A stretch of DNA of 64,000 nucleotides, taken from positions 25,138-89,137 of IMG/VR virus record IMGVR_UViG_3300048581_000044; one strand, given 5' to 3'. Positions 18,391 through 27,335 of this stretch are shown in pieces. Both the position numbers and the translations under genes were made by a program. The notes under the pieces were generated by a model. That model was not told the DNA's origin and did not search any database. It was given only the letters and a program-made list of their open reading frames with translations. Source of the stretch: a virus. Lineage: Duplodnaviria; Caudoviricetes. How positions within the stretch are numbered: the first letter of the stretch is position 1; each line of letters opens with the position of its first letter.

Positions 18391-18659
18391 ACCTCTTTCC
18401 TGCTTGGTTTCGGAAAATGGGGGAATAGAAAAAACGCGTTATACGCGCGAACTGGCTTGGAGAGTTTGCATTCCAAAACGATTTTGTACGACCCGTCCGC
18501 CGTATAATCTCGGATTTGCACAACCGAAGTTGTCAAATCTGCTGAGATGCTATCAGCAGGCACCGCGTAAACCAGACCGGCGCTATGCTGCGGCGGCAGA
18601 GTTTCTGCACTTGCGGCAGCGCCCACGATCATTGCCGCAATTACCGCTATGATCCGCAT
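18378..18659 (-). CDS. small protein with predicted signal peptide
   Basis: GGAGG RBS before ATG 18659; MRIIAVIAAMIVGAAASA-E. Confidence 0.65.
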   Translation of the reverse strand: MRIIAVIAAMIVGAAASAETLPPQHSAGLVYAVPADSISADLTTSVVQIRDYTADGSYKIVLECKLSKPVRAYNAFFLFPHFPKPSRKEVCPK

Positions 18660-18669
18660 TGATGGCCTC

Positions 18670-19401
18670 CTAACAGGTTGTTGTTGTTCCCATATAAACG
18701 GCTTTTGTAGTGCCATCTATACAAAGCATATTTTTTCCAGTTCCAGTTGTTATCGTTGGAAAATATATCAATTGTGTGGCTTCAATACGAATGGCGGCTG
18801 TCCCGTTCGTCCCAAAGACCAGATTTGCCGCTGAAGGTTCGCTGCGGATGAATGCGGGATTTGTATATTGTGCACTACCTGCCGCGGTGTAGAAATCTAC
18901 TTCTGCATTATACCCAGAATTTGTTACATCAAGACCAACAATGGTCGCAGCGTTTGGCTTTTTAATCGTCGCGGCTACCCCAACAATGGGGGCTTCCCCA
19001 ACGGACAAAGAGGCTAACATCGTATTTGCGTCAGGAGTCCATCGCACAGCAAGGGTCCCGCCGTTTGCCCCGGTTCCTGAAACAGTACCAGTATTACCTG
19101 TGCGTAATTCCACAGTGCTACCGGTACCTGTGCCCGTCCCGCGGGGAAAAGCCACCTGGATATTGGTGGCATTAACGTTGGCGGTGCTGCCGCCTGATAG
19201 GACATATGGAAATTTCCAAATAATGGTTGTGGGTGGTGCGGTATCGCCAGTCGCATCGGCGTGAGGTCCGATGTTCCAGGTATTTGGGGACCAAACGGCG
19301 CCCACACCTGCCGCCCCGCTGGGTGTGCTACCAAAATATATCTGTGCATTTGCCGGAATAAATAGTAGAGCAAAAATTCCGGCCACGAGTGTGCGTTTCA
19401 T
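18670..19401 (-). CDS. Gly/Thr-rich fibre-like protein with predicted signal peptide
   Basis: MKRTLVAGIFALLFIPANA-Q; LVFGTNGTAAIRI and LCID..T..V motifs resemble fibre repeats. Confidence 0.75.
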   Translation of the reverse strand: MKRTLVAGIFALLFIPANAQIYFGSTPSGAAGVGAVWSPNTWNIGPHADATGDTAPPTTIIWKFPYVLSGGSTANVNATNIQVAFPRGTGTGTGSTVELRTGNTGTVSGTGANGGTLAVRWTPDANTMLASLSVGEAPIVGVAATIKKPNAATIVGLDVTNSGYNAEVDFYTAAGSAQYTNPAFIRSEPSAANLVFGTNGTAAIRIEATQLIYFPTITTGTGKNMLCIDGTTKAVYMGTTTTC

Positions 19402-19402
19402 A

Positions 19403-21136
19403 TTAATTGCCTCCCACGTTGTCGTTCATACCCGTCACTGTGATCGTCGGTCTCGGCCATGACCCATTGTTTGCGTCGGGAGTCAAAAACGACGAAACAC
19501 CACCCACGTTAGCATCGTAGATGCGGTAGTCAACGGTGTACACTCCACCCGTTTGGATGTTTAGCGGTAGAGGAAGCGGCACAGAGACACATTTTGTTTC
19601 GCCGGGATTAACGCCAGTGGCGAGTGGAAACTCATACACTCCTGGGGATACTGTCGAGCCTGCCGCTGAAAAAACAAAAGATGCCATTACTTTCGAGTTA
19701 CTGTCAGCAACGAACGCAGCGCATGCCCGAACGCTAATCTCGCCCAAAGGCGGAGTTAGCCCTAGACTGGCGGGAGAATAGGCCGAGGCATTAGCTGGCA
19801 CGCGAAAGGTAACCGCTCCATATGATGTCGCGGTCTTTGGTATCGTAAGCCCACTAACGAGATCAGCGATCAGATTTTCGCGCGCAACGAGTGAATTGTT
19901 GTTCAGCAGGAATAGTGGAAACCCTCCGCTAATTATTACTGTTCCGGCAGCCACGCCTGCCCCTGTGATTGCCTGTCCCGATTGCAGTTGACCGTAAGCT
20001 ACGTCTGATGTCGACGCATGCAAGTAGTTTCCCGAGTTAGTACACCCAGAAACGTCGCCTATGCACCCCACAAATTGAGCTGTTCCTGCTATTTTTTCGC
20101 GCACAATCCCAGGAACAGCCGCAGTCGTTTGCGCGCCGATTCCTATAGTTGCAGGGTCTGCCGAAGTCGCAGAACCACGCCGCACATAAGCCTGATCGCC
20201 ACTTTCAGGCACGGCAATGTAAACTTCTTGGGCGGCCCATGTTGACGGATACGCTGCAAAATAGGTCTGCTGATCACAGCGATCCTTGGACCAGTAGGGG
20301 CGGTCCGGTAAAAGCAAACAGACGCGACCAGACTTTTGATCTAGTGTAAACGCTACTGAGAATAATGTGTTTTCAGGGATCATGGTGTCGAGAATGCCAG
20401 ATAAATTTGCATCCCCCAGCAAGGCACCCGTATTATCAATGTACTCTGCGATGTAAGACGTATTTTGTGTAACAAGATGCACCGCCGCACACGGCAGTGA
20501 AGGAGGACCGGTCCATGTTCCGTAGTTCTGACACCATGCCACAAGATCAACCGATGTTGAGGCGCTAGTTCCTGCGGTAGGCTGCAACAAAAAATCACCA
20601 CTTACGTAAGTGACTAGACCGGGCAACTGTTCGATGACGTGCAAAGCATGTTGATGTGTATCAGCGTAACGCTGGCAGCTAAGTAGCCCTAGGTATGACC
20701 CGACCGCACCAGAAAAAATAGGGCTGCATGTCCCCTTTGTACTTATCGTAAGGGCGTTGCCCGCGTAGCTAGTCGTTGGCAGCGCACCATCAACTGGAGT
20801 AGACCATCCATCTGCGGCCCCCGGAAACATGCCACCAATAAACAGCGCTGTATTATTCTTAACCCACCGCCCCGTCGCCGGAGCGTCCGCGAACGCGAGC
20901 ACGGTCACGCCGTCGATGGTTGCCGTGGAGTCGGCAATTGCGTCGTAGCAGCCTGCATAACCGGTCTCTATGATGCACACGTGCTTGTACGTGCCGGTGA
21001 GCGCGGTTGCCTTTGTCATCGTGGAAAGTGACGCGCGGGTTGGATACGCGCTATCGGAATACGACGGGTACGCCGAATTTGCCAGCGCGGCGCCAGAGAG
21101 CATCACGATAGCGGCAAGGTAACGGAGGAATTTCAT
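19403..21136 (-). CDS. tailspike/fibre-like protein with predicted signal peptide
   Basis: MKFLRYLAAIVMLSGAALA-N; DSTATIDGVTVL...GRWVK resembles tailspike N-terminal domains; Cys-rich body. Confidence 0.75.
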   Translation of the reverse strand: MKFLRYLAAIVMLSGAALANSAYPSYSDSAYPTRASLSTMTKATALTGTYKHVCIIETGYAGCYDAIADSTATIDGVTVLAFADAPATGRWVKNNTALFIGGMFPGAADGWSTPVDGALPTTSYAGNALTISTKGTCSPIFSGAVGSYLGLLSCQRYADTHQHALHVIEQLPGLVTYVSGDFLLQPTAGTSASTSVDLVAWCQNYGTWTGPPSLPCAAVHLVTQNTSYIAEYIDNTGALLGDANLSGILDTMIPENTLFSVAFTLDQKSGRVCLLLPDRPYWSKDRCDQQTYFAAYPSTWAAQEVYIAVPESGDQAYVRRGSATSADPATIGIGAQTTAAVPGIVREKIAGTAQFVGCIGDVSGCTNSGNYLHASTSDVAYGQLQSGQAITGAGVAAGTVIISGGFPLFLLNNNSLVARENLIADLVSGLTIPKTATSYGAVTFRVPANASAYSPASLGLTPPLGEISVRACAAFVADSNSKVMASFVFSAAGSTVSPGVYEFPLATGVNPGETKCVSVPLPLPLNIQTGGVYTVDYRIYDANVGGVSSFLTPDANNGSWPRPTITVTGMNDNVGGN

Positions 21137-21236
21137 TGAAGCACCTCGTAAACATTCTGTGGAAGTAACCCGCGGTCCAATTCGCGCTGGACGCGGGCGA
21201 CGATTTCAGCCTTTGTGCTCTTGCCGTCGTGGGCCA

Positions 21237-21863
21237 TCATGGAACACCCAAAACCCTGTCGATTGTTCCGTCCATCTCAATGTCAAGAAATCCAGCACCA
21301 CCAGCATCGTTCTGGTTGATAACATAAGCGACAACGGTTGTTCCATCTGATGTGATGATGCAATAATTTGTGTCAGCGCTTATTTTTTCGATCCGTACAC
21401 GCAAGACTGCGGCCGAAGACCCGAGTGCTGGCGGCGCGGTGAATGTGACGTTTCCTGCCGTGCTATCACATCTGACAATGCCATCGCTCGACTGGATTGT
21501 TTTGTTTCCAATAGAGTACGTAACTACCCTAATAGCTAGTTTAAGCGCTTTTCGTACCCAGCAACTCGTCGTCGCCACGCCTGTAGCAGCAATATAAGGG
21601 TCTCCAGCGGTTACACCGGGCGCAGCGGCAGTGCCAGGGCAAGCAACGTTATATGGTGCATAAGATGCGCTCAAACTTGCGCTATACCAATCGTATCGAA
21701 CACCGGCTACTTCGGCGCTAAGCGTTAACGAACTCGCCGCACCGAGATCAGCCATATCTTGCAAGGTGCCGATTTTTACAATTGCGCCCTGGGTTCCAGC
21801 TAGGGATGGAATCGCCCACGCAACAAAGGCAAAGGCAGCTAGCGTGAAAGCTTTTATGTTCAT
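21237..21863 (-). CDS. fibre-like protein with predicted signal peptide
   Basis: MNIKAFTLAAFAFVAWAIPSLA-G; C-terminal DGIVRCDSTAGNVTFTAP...IEKISADTN fibre-type module. Confidence 0.75.
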   Translation of the reverse strand: MNIKAFTLAAFAFVAWAIPSLAGTQGAIVKIGTLQDMADLGAASSLTLSAEVAGVRYDWYSASLSASYAPYNVACPGTAAAPGVTAGDPYIAATGVATTSCWVRKALKLAIRVVTYSIGNKTIQSSDGIVRCDSTAGNVTFTAPPALGSSAAVLRVRIEKISADTNYCIITSDGTTVVAYVINQNDAGGAGFLDIEMDGTIDRVLGVP

Positions 21864-21888
21864 AACGTCCTCGACTTAGGAGCAGCTA

Positions 21889-22314
21889 TCATCCGAACTT
21901 GAAGTGGATGCGGATATAATCGACGATTACGCTGACAACGTACAAGAATCCGGTCCCGAGCAGACCAACCACAGCCCATCCTGCGCCCTTCGCCATAGAG
22001 ATATCACCGCTCAAGATATCAACCGTGGCCTTGATTGCGTCGATCTTCACGTCTTGCTCGCCAAGATGCATCTGACGGTCCTTTGTCTGGTCATCGAACC
22101 GCTTATCGTTCGCGGCGCGCTCGGCTTCGAACAGGTCCAGGATTCTCTGAAAATCCACCCGGTTGTGTTCCGAGTGATCTTTGCGGATGGTCTTTTCTTC
22201 GTCAATCTCGCGGCGGAACCCTTGCATCTCGGCAAGGATCGCGCCATTACCCGATAGAACCTCACGCAGGCTGCTTTCGATGCGACGAAGATTTGAGTTT
22301 TCGGATTCGGTCAT
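21889..22314 (-). CDS. coiled-coil protein with C-terminal TM helix (holin/XhlA-like)
   Basis: ATGA overlap with the o-spanin stop; C-terminal GAGWAVVGLLGTGFLYVVSVIV. Confidence 0.6.
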   Translation of the reverse strand: MTESENSNLRRIESSLREVLSGNGAILAEMQGFRREIDEEKTIRKDHSEHNRVDFQRILDLFEAERAANDKRFDDQTKDRQMHLGEQDVKIDAIKATVDILSGDISMAKGAGWAVVGLLGTGFLYVVSVIVDYIRIHFKFG

Positions 22315-22616
22315 TTCGCCACTGCGGTAGGTTTGACATCGCGACACTTGGCGACGACGGTTTCGAGAAGGTCAAGCCGCTTAGCGCGCAACCGCGCCCC
22401 GGAGTCCAATAGCTTTTCGAAGTCTGCCAGTTCGGCCGCGGATTTGAGCGCGTCCAGCGTATCGGGATAGGTTGGTGCCGCGGTGACAGTATCTGGGACA
22501 CATGACACTGGCGTTGGAACGTCGGCTGTTACGGTGTTAACAACAGGCTCGGATGGCTTGTCGGCACACGCGGAAAGCAAGAGGGCAAGTGTAGCCATGG
22601 CGATACATCGGTTCAT
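22311..22616 (-). CDS. outer-membrane spanin lipoprotein (Rz1-like)
   Basis: Lipobox LLLSA-C, Pro-rich linker; overlaps the i-spanin by ATGA. Confidence 0.8.
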   Translation of the reverse strand: MNRCIAMATLALLLSACADKPSEPVVNTVTADVPTPVSCVPDTVTAAPTYPDTLDALKSAAELADFEKLLDSGARLRAKRLDLLETVVAKCRDVKPTAVAK

Positions 22617-23053
22617 CGGCTTCGATCCTCTATGATCTGTGCTCGCGCGGATATGGCCCGCTCACATTCATTCGCTCCAGCTGGTTTGGCTGCTGCTAGA
22701 ACCGCTAAGCGTGTCAGTAACGCCTCTCTTTCGGTTTGGTTCTTGGCTATAACATCGGCTAGAGCTGCCCGCAGCACGTCGCCCTGCTTCCCAAGGGCGA
22801 GAATTTTGGTATTTTGCTTTGCCACAGCAGTTTCGAGGCCGTCAACGTTCCCGTGGCACTGTCCGAGACTATCCCGTGCCGTCTTGAGCTGCGCTTTCAG
22901 CCCCGGCGCTCCCCACCAAAGAATCTGATAGCCGTTAATCTCGAACGCTTGGTAGAGCGCAACGGGCGTGAAAATAACACCGCACAAGGCTGCGACGGCC
23001 ACAACAGCAACCGCGATTTTGTTTGCTGCCCACGAGGCTATGGTTGCCCACAT
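22613..23053 (-). CDS. inner-membrane spanin (Rz-like)
   Basis: N-terminal TM helix then coiled coil; adjacent to the lipoprotein gene. Confidence 0.75.
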   Translation of the reverse strand: MWATIASWAANKIAVAVVAVAALCGVIFTPVALYQAFEINGYQILWWGAPGLKAQLKTARDSLGQCHGNVDGLETAVAKQNTKILALGKQGDVLRAALADVIAKNQTEREALLTRLAVLAAAKPAGANECERAISARAQIIEDRSR

Positions 23054-23349
23054 TACGTCGGTCCTCCTGCCTTTACTGCCGTGTGTTTATCCCACGATCC
23101 AAAGGCCGCTGTTCCAGCAAACACGCTTGAGATTAGCCCTACAGCCCATACGGCTGAATCTGGAGAGTTAATGTACTGCGCGATGCGTACCAGCACATAT
23201 GCCAAAGCAAGCCCAATCATCAACAAGCCGATAGGGCGGGCTAACACCGAGATCGCAAGCACAGTCTCCCGCAACCATTTCGTCTCAATCTGAGACGCGC
23301 TGGCATTGATTTGGAGAAACGAATTAAGGGCTTGGCCGGGATCACTCAT
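23053..23349 (-). CDS. putative holin (2 TM helices)
   Basis: Two hydrophobic segments and a basic C-terminus; lies in the lysis cassette. Confidence 0.6.
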   Translation of the reverse strand: MSDPGQALNSFLQINASASQIETKWLRETVLAISVLARPIGLLMIGLALAYVLVRIAQYINSPDSAVWAVGLISSVFAGTAAFGSWDKHTAVKAGGPT

Positions 23350-23364
23350 CTCATTACCTTAGCT

Positions 23365-23628
23365 TTAAGCCGTCCAACGACCAAGCATGAAGCTACCAAC
23401 AATAACCCCAAACGCGATGACAATCGCCCACGTCGGATGTTCAGAAACCCACGTCGCCTCTTTGGTCTCAAGATCAACAAGACGAAGCTGCACTGCGGTA
23501 GAGGCGCTTGCAATTTTACTAAGGACCACATTCTTCCGCATAACCAGCGCCTTCCAGTCTGCGTTCAGCTCATGGATTTCCGCATTGAGCATGGCAGCCG
23601 CAACGCCGATGTCTTGCTGAATAGTCAT
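23365..23628 (-). CDS. small membrane protein (C-terminal TM), lysis cassette
   Basis: PTWAIVIAFGVIVGSFMLG; AAGGAG RBS. Confidence 0.6.
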   Translation of the reverse strand: MTIQQDIGVAAAMLNAEIHELNADWKALVMRKNVVLSKIASASTAVQLRLVDLETKEATWVSEHPTWAIVIAFGVIVGSFMLGRWTA

Positions 23629-23641
23629 GTCGATTTCTCCT

Positions 23642-24070
23642 TCAGGACTTTAAAGCTGCGGCAACACCAGCCGCAAGATCAGAATCTTCAAAAAACCACC
23701 CGCCACATTCGTGCGTGGCGATGGCTTTAGCAAGCGCTTCAAGCACTGGCGCATCGTCTAGCTTAAGCGGCCAGTCTGGCGCGCGATGACAAGCATCAGA
23801 CACGGCCTTGATATAAGCGTCTGTGTTGTTCTCGCTTGGAGGTGCCCACCGGCCGATGATCTGGCGTATCGTGTTAAGCCCATGAAGCCGATGATAGTTA
23901 CACAGCACGGTTGCAAGCGCGCGGAAGCCCCACATTGGCGACTTGAACACAGCGAAGCGTTGTTCGTCCAACTGTTCCGGCGACATTTCGTGCGGATCGG
24001 CAAGTCCCTGCCATTGAACGCCGCGTTCGAGATTTCCAGGATTAGAATTTCGCAAAGCCCTAACCGTCAT
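23642..24070 (-). CDS. lysozyme-like protein of the RNNNPGN family, probable endolysin
   Basis: RNSNPGNL...W.G...RFAVF...G.RAL...TIRQIIGRWAPPSENNT..YI..V; adjacent to holin and spanin genes. Confidence 0.7.
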   Translation of the reverse strand: MTVRALRNSNPGNLERGVQWQGLADPHEMSPEQLDEQRFAVFKSPMWGFRALATVLCNYHRLHGLNTIRQIIGRWAPPSENNTDAYIKAVSDACHRAPDWPLKLDDAPVLEALAKAIATHECGGWFFEDSDLAAGVAAALKS

Positions 24071-24678
24071 GACGCGCTCCTCAAGCTAATAACACTCGTG
24101 CCATTCACGCGGATCGCCAGCGTCGGGACCTGTCCTCCATTTACCGGAGCGCTAATCGCATCGATTAGATTCACCTGCGTCGTATTCGACGACGACACAC
24201 AATCGTAAACCGCTATCGTGTTTCCCGTTGCGTCATTTACAACATCACGCATCGGCCAGCACACAAAAGGAACCAAAGAGCTGCCTAGCGTTCTCGGAAC
24301 AGTAATCGAACCCGCTCCGCTAGTCGCGTTGATCACAAGCACATAGCCGTAATCAGCAGCTACAACCACATGACCAAGTGCTACAGCTTTTTCAGGAGGC
24401 GCCGATACGGGAATAAAAACACCGTTCGTCTCATTAAAAGTCCCGACTAAAATCCAAGCTGTATCGGCTTGGTTTCTGCATTTAAGCGTATTCGTGCTTA
24501 AATCGTGCCAATAAATCCCTGCTACGGAGGCCAGCCCTGTCGAAGCAGCTGTCGGTGCAGAAGTCCCAGCTTGAAAGGTCGAGGTAGCTTGAAAGGCAGT
24601 ATTTAGGTTAGCCGCTAAAGTCGTCCCTGGGTAGGGAGGCGGAGAAGACGTTGGAAACTGCACCTTGCCTTGACTCAT
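24067..24678 (-). CDS. tail fibre-associated structural protein
   Basis: Follows the tail fibre; AGIYWHD....LK.RN.A.TAW..G motif. Confidence 0.6.
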   Translation of the reverse strand: MSQGKVQFPTSSPPPYPGTTLAANLNTAFQATSTFQAGTSAPTAASTGLASVAGIYWHDLSTNTLKCRNQADTAWILVGTFNETNGVFIPVSAPPEKAVALGHVVVAADYGYVLVINATSGAGSITVPRTLGSSLVPFVCWPMRDVVNDATGNTIAVYDCVSSSNTTQVNLIDAISAPVNGGQVPTLAIRVNGTSVISLRSAS

Positions 24679-24746
24679 GTCTTAGGCTTTCACTGTTTAA
24701 GACTGAGAACTTATAAAATCACGCAAACGCTAATTCATCAGCTCTA

Positions 24747-26588
24747 TTAAAAACCAAAGAAGGTCATTATTGCCAGCCCCGGCATTAGCCCTGTGTTAGC
24801 AAGCGATGCAAATCTGAACGTCGCAACACTTCCAGGCCCAACCAAGTTTAGCGGCGGACAGCCTACACAATTCTGTGAACCATCTTGGTTGGTACAGCTC
24901 ACTGTAGCGATACCTGTCCAGGAAGTTCCAGCAGGAGACGGGCTGCTTAGCGTCACATCGATGCCATTGCCACCATTCTGTGCAATGCCTGAAACCCCAA
25001 AGGACTTAACTAATGTAATCGATCCGCCGCTGTATTGACAAATAGCAAACGCCTTTGCCGAACACTGATAAGCGAACACTGATTCAGGCACACCTTGCAA
25101 GATAAAAGCCGTGCCGTTGTAAATAACAGTAAAGATACTATCTGGCGGAAGCTCTGCAATAAATAACGGAGAGCCGTTGCCATGCGTAACAGCTGTAGCC
25201 GCGAGGCTGCCAACTTTTAAAGTAACAGCCCCGGAATTGCCGAAACTAGCATTCTTCTGTACACGGATCGGTACGCCAAGCAGCGCTGCTAGTGACGCTG
25301 GTGTGGGCGAGAGCGTTATTGCCAGAGCGTTAGACGTGCCAGTGTCAACAGCATAGTTTCCAGACTGTTTTTGCACGTATGAGAGACTAGCTAGGCCAGA
25401 AACTGCGTTGTTTACATACGTCGTAGAGGCCAAGCCTGAAACGGCATTGTTTACATAGATTGTAGAAGCCAGACCAGAAACAGCCGCGCTTATCTGACTG
25501 TTGACGTAGCTTACAGAGGCCAGACCGCTAACAGCTGCGCTGATTTGGCTATTGACGTAGGATATTGAAGCCAGTCCAGAGACAGCTGCGGAAATCTGAC
25601 TATTGACATACGTTGTAGAGGCCAAGCCTGAAACAGCAGCAGAAATTTGGCTATTCACGTAGCTCGTTGAAGCCAAGCCGCTGATTGCAGAAGCAACATC
25701 TTGCGTGATTCCAAATTGTGAGCTTCCAACAACGCGCCATATACCGTTAGAGGCAAGGAGCAAAACCGTTGTGCCTTGTGGAATCGTGAAAGACCCAACG
25801 CCTGTACTTGGGGAGGCGACTGTCCCAAAGATAACATCAGCGCCATTGGCCTGTGTTGTAACAACACCCGATGTCGCAGAAGCCAGTGCAAACAGCGATC
25901 CGTTTACGAGCGCGACAACTGGAAGATTGAATGTCGTGGCGCTTGTTGCTTGTAAAAGCGTTCCAGCGTTTCCGCTAGCAAGCGTCAGCGTTCCTGAAAC
26001 GTTGAACGGTTGGAGCGTGTTATTAGCCGATAGCACTGTTTGATAAGCCGTATTCGGCGCAGGAAGCGTCGAGGCCCCAGCAGCTAACGCAAACCGACAA
26101 AGCTCAAACGTTGTTTGATTGTCTGGCGCCGTTGTCGAAGCGCCAAGAGTTATCGAGTTCACCAAAGACGCATAGGCCGTGTACGGAACAAAGCTAGGAT
26201 TATAATCAGGATGCCCTTGCGGCGGCCCAATCACCTGGAAAGGGTCTTGTTGGATCGCCGTCAGCTGCGCGATCAGATAAGCTGTCACGCTCCCTGAACC
26301 CGGTACGACGCTCGTGAAATCAGTCGTATAGGTCTGGGTATCAGCGTTGGATTGCGTGCCGTGTGCGCGTGCAAGCTGCCCATTGCTGAACAGCACGCCA
26401 AAGGGCGCAGGCAAAACCGACGTGAGAACCAAGCCTGTGCTCGTATAGGAAGCGCTCTGTACTGCCACCAAGCCGCTCAGGAGCGCACTCTTTGCCAACT
26501 CCGCCGTATCAGCCTCCAACATTGCACAGGCAACGTTAAAAGCCCCGGCGTTGACATATTGCTCCGGTGCGAAGTTTGGCGTCTTCAC
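24747..26588 (-). CDS. tail fibre protein
   Basis: Follows the baseplate wedge genes; internal A(S/T)xxYVN repeats, YAVDTGTSN module, C-terminal fibre-tip-like region. Confidence 0.8.
   Translation of the reverse strand: MKTPNFAPEQYVNAGAFNVACAMLEADTAELAKSALLSGLVAVQSASYTSTGLVLTSVLPAPFGVLFSNGQLARAHGTQSNADTQTYTTDFTSVVPGSGSVTAYLIAQLTAIQQDPFQVIGPPQGHPDYNPSFVPYTAYASLVNSITLGASTTAPDNQTTFELCRFALAAGASTLPAPNTAYQTVLSANNTLQPFNVSGTLTLASGNAGTLLQATSATTFNLPVVALVNGSLFALASATSGVVTTQANGADVIFGTVASPSTGVGSFTIPQGTTVLLLASNGIWRVVGSSQFGITQDVASAISGLASTSYVNSQISAAVSGLASTTYVNSQISAAVSGLASISYVNSQISAAVSGLASVSYVNSQISAAVSGLASTIYVNNAVSGLASTTYVNNAVSGLASLSYVQKQSGNYAVDTGTSNALAITLSPTPASLAALLGVPIRVQKNASFGNSGAVTLKVGSLAATAVTHGNGSPLFIAELPPDSIFTVIYNGTAFILQGVPESVFAYQCSAKAFAICQYSGGSITLVKSFGVSGIAQNGGNGIDVTLSSPSPAGTSWTGIATVSCTNQDGSQNCVGCPPLNLVGPGSVATFRFASLANTGLMPGLAIMTFFGF
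25374..25682 (-). repeat. in-frame tandem repeat: 4 x 17 aa (SGLAS.xYVNSQISAAV) + 2 x 13 aa + partial
   Basis: Directly visible in the translation; codons are synonymously diverged between units. Confidence 0.9.
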
Positions 26589-26630
26589 TAAATCAGCCTC
26601 AAAAACGATAACGTCTAGTTATGGCGGCTG

Positions 26631-26664
26631 ATTATGCCATAATGTCCGACCGGGGGAGGATAGC
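26631..26664 (-). promoter_or_regulatory. candidate late promoter GCTA-N24-CATAAT
   Basis: Intergenic, upstream of the tail fibre gene; same spacing as four other sites. Confidence 0.55.
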
Positions 26665-26678
26665 AGGAAAGACCGAAT

Positions 26679-27335
26679 CTAGGCGGAAAGTGAGGGATTT
26701 AGCGTCGGATCAGTGAGGAAAAGGTCAGGCAGGCTTGGTGACGTGCTGTTGGTTGCGGCTGGGAGGCTGGTCAAGGATTCAGACTCTCCTGAAGTCAAAT
26801 AAGCACCTGTCACACTTGGAGAAGCGTCAAAGAAATTGATCGTGTTTAGATACAAACCGCTTCCAGCTTTGTAAACAGCTGTGATTGGAACACCGGCAGG
26901 GCGTACACGCGCGAGACTTACCAAGAGCGCTAGAATTTGTGCGTCAGTTAAGGCGGTTATAAAGGTAAGGGAATAACCAACAGCGGGTAAGGATTCCTGT
27001 ACCGTTACATCAACCTGCCAGACAGCTTTGACCCAAGCCGCAATGCCTACTGGCGTACCGCCGCCAGCTAAAACAATGTAAGCAATTCGTGTTAGATAAG
27101 CTCCATCGCTTTCGTTATTAAACCGTGGAACATTGAACAAAAGCCCCCAGATGTCCAGCCAACCAAATCGAGCGTTCTGGAAAGCAGCGACTTGCTGGCT
27201 GATCTGATCGCTAGCACCTGTGTAACGCACCAATCCAGCCGTATTCGCGTCCAGCCACTGCGTGAAAGGAATTTGCGGGCGCAAAAACGTCTTAGGAAGG
27301 GCCGTTAGAACAGCTTGTACTTGCGCAAAGTTCAT
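26679..27335 (-). CDS. baseplate wedge subunit (P2 gpI-like)
   Basis: WLDIWGLLFNVPRFNNESDGAYLTRI motif; ATGA-coupled to the J-like gene. Confidence 0.75.
   Translation of the reverse strand: MNFAQVQAVLTALPKTFLRPQIPFTQWLDANTAGLVRYTGASDQISQQVAAFQNARFGWLDIWGLLFNVPRFNNESDGAYLTRIAYIVLAGGGTPVGIAAWVKAVWQVDVTVQESLPAVGYSLTFITALTDAQILALLVSLARVRPAGVPITAVYKAGSGLYLNTINFFDASPSVTGAYLTSGESESLTSLPAATNSTSPSLPDLFLTDPTLNPSLSA

Noticed and set aside
24747-26588. Diversity-generating retroelement acting on the tail fibre
   Set aside because: No reverse transcriptase and no adenine-specific TR/VR repeat pair was seen in the window.
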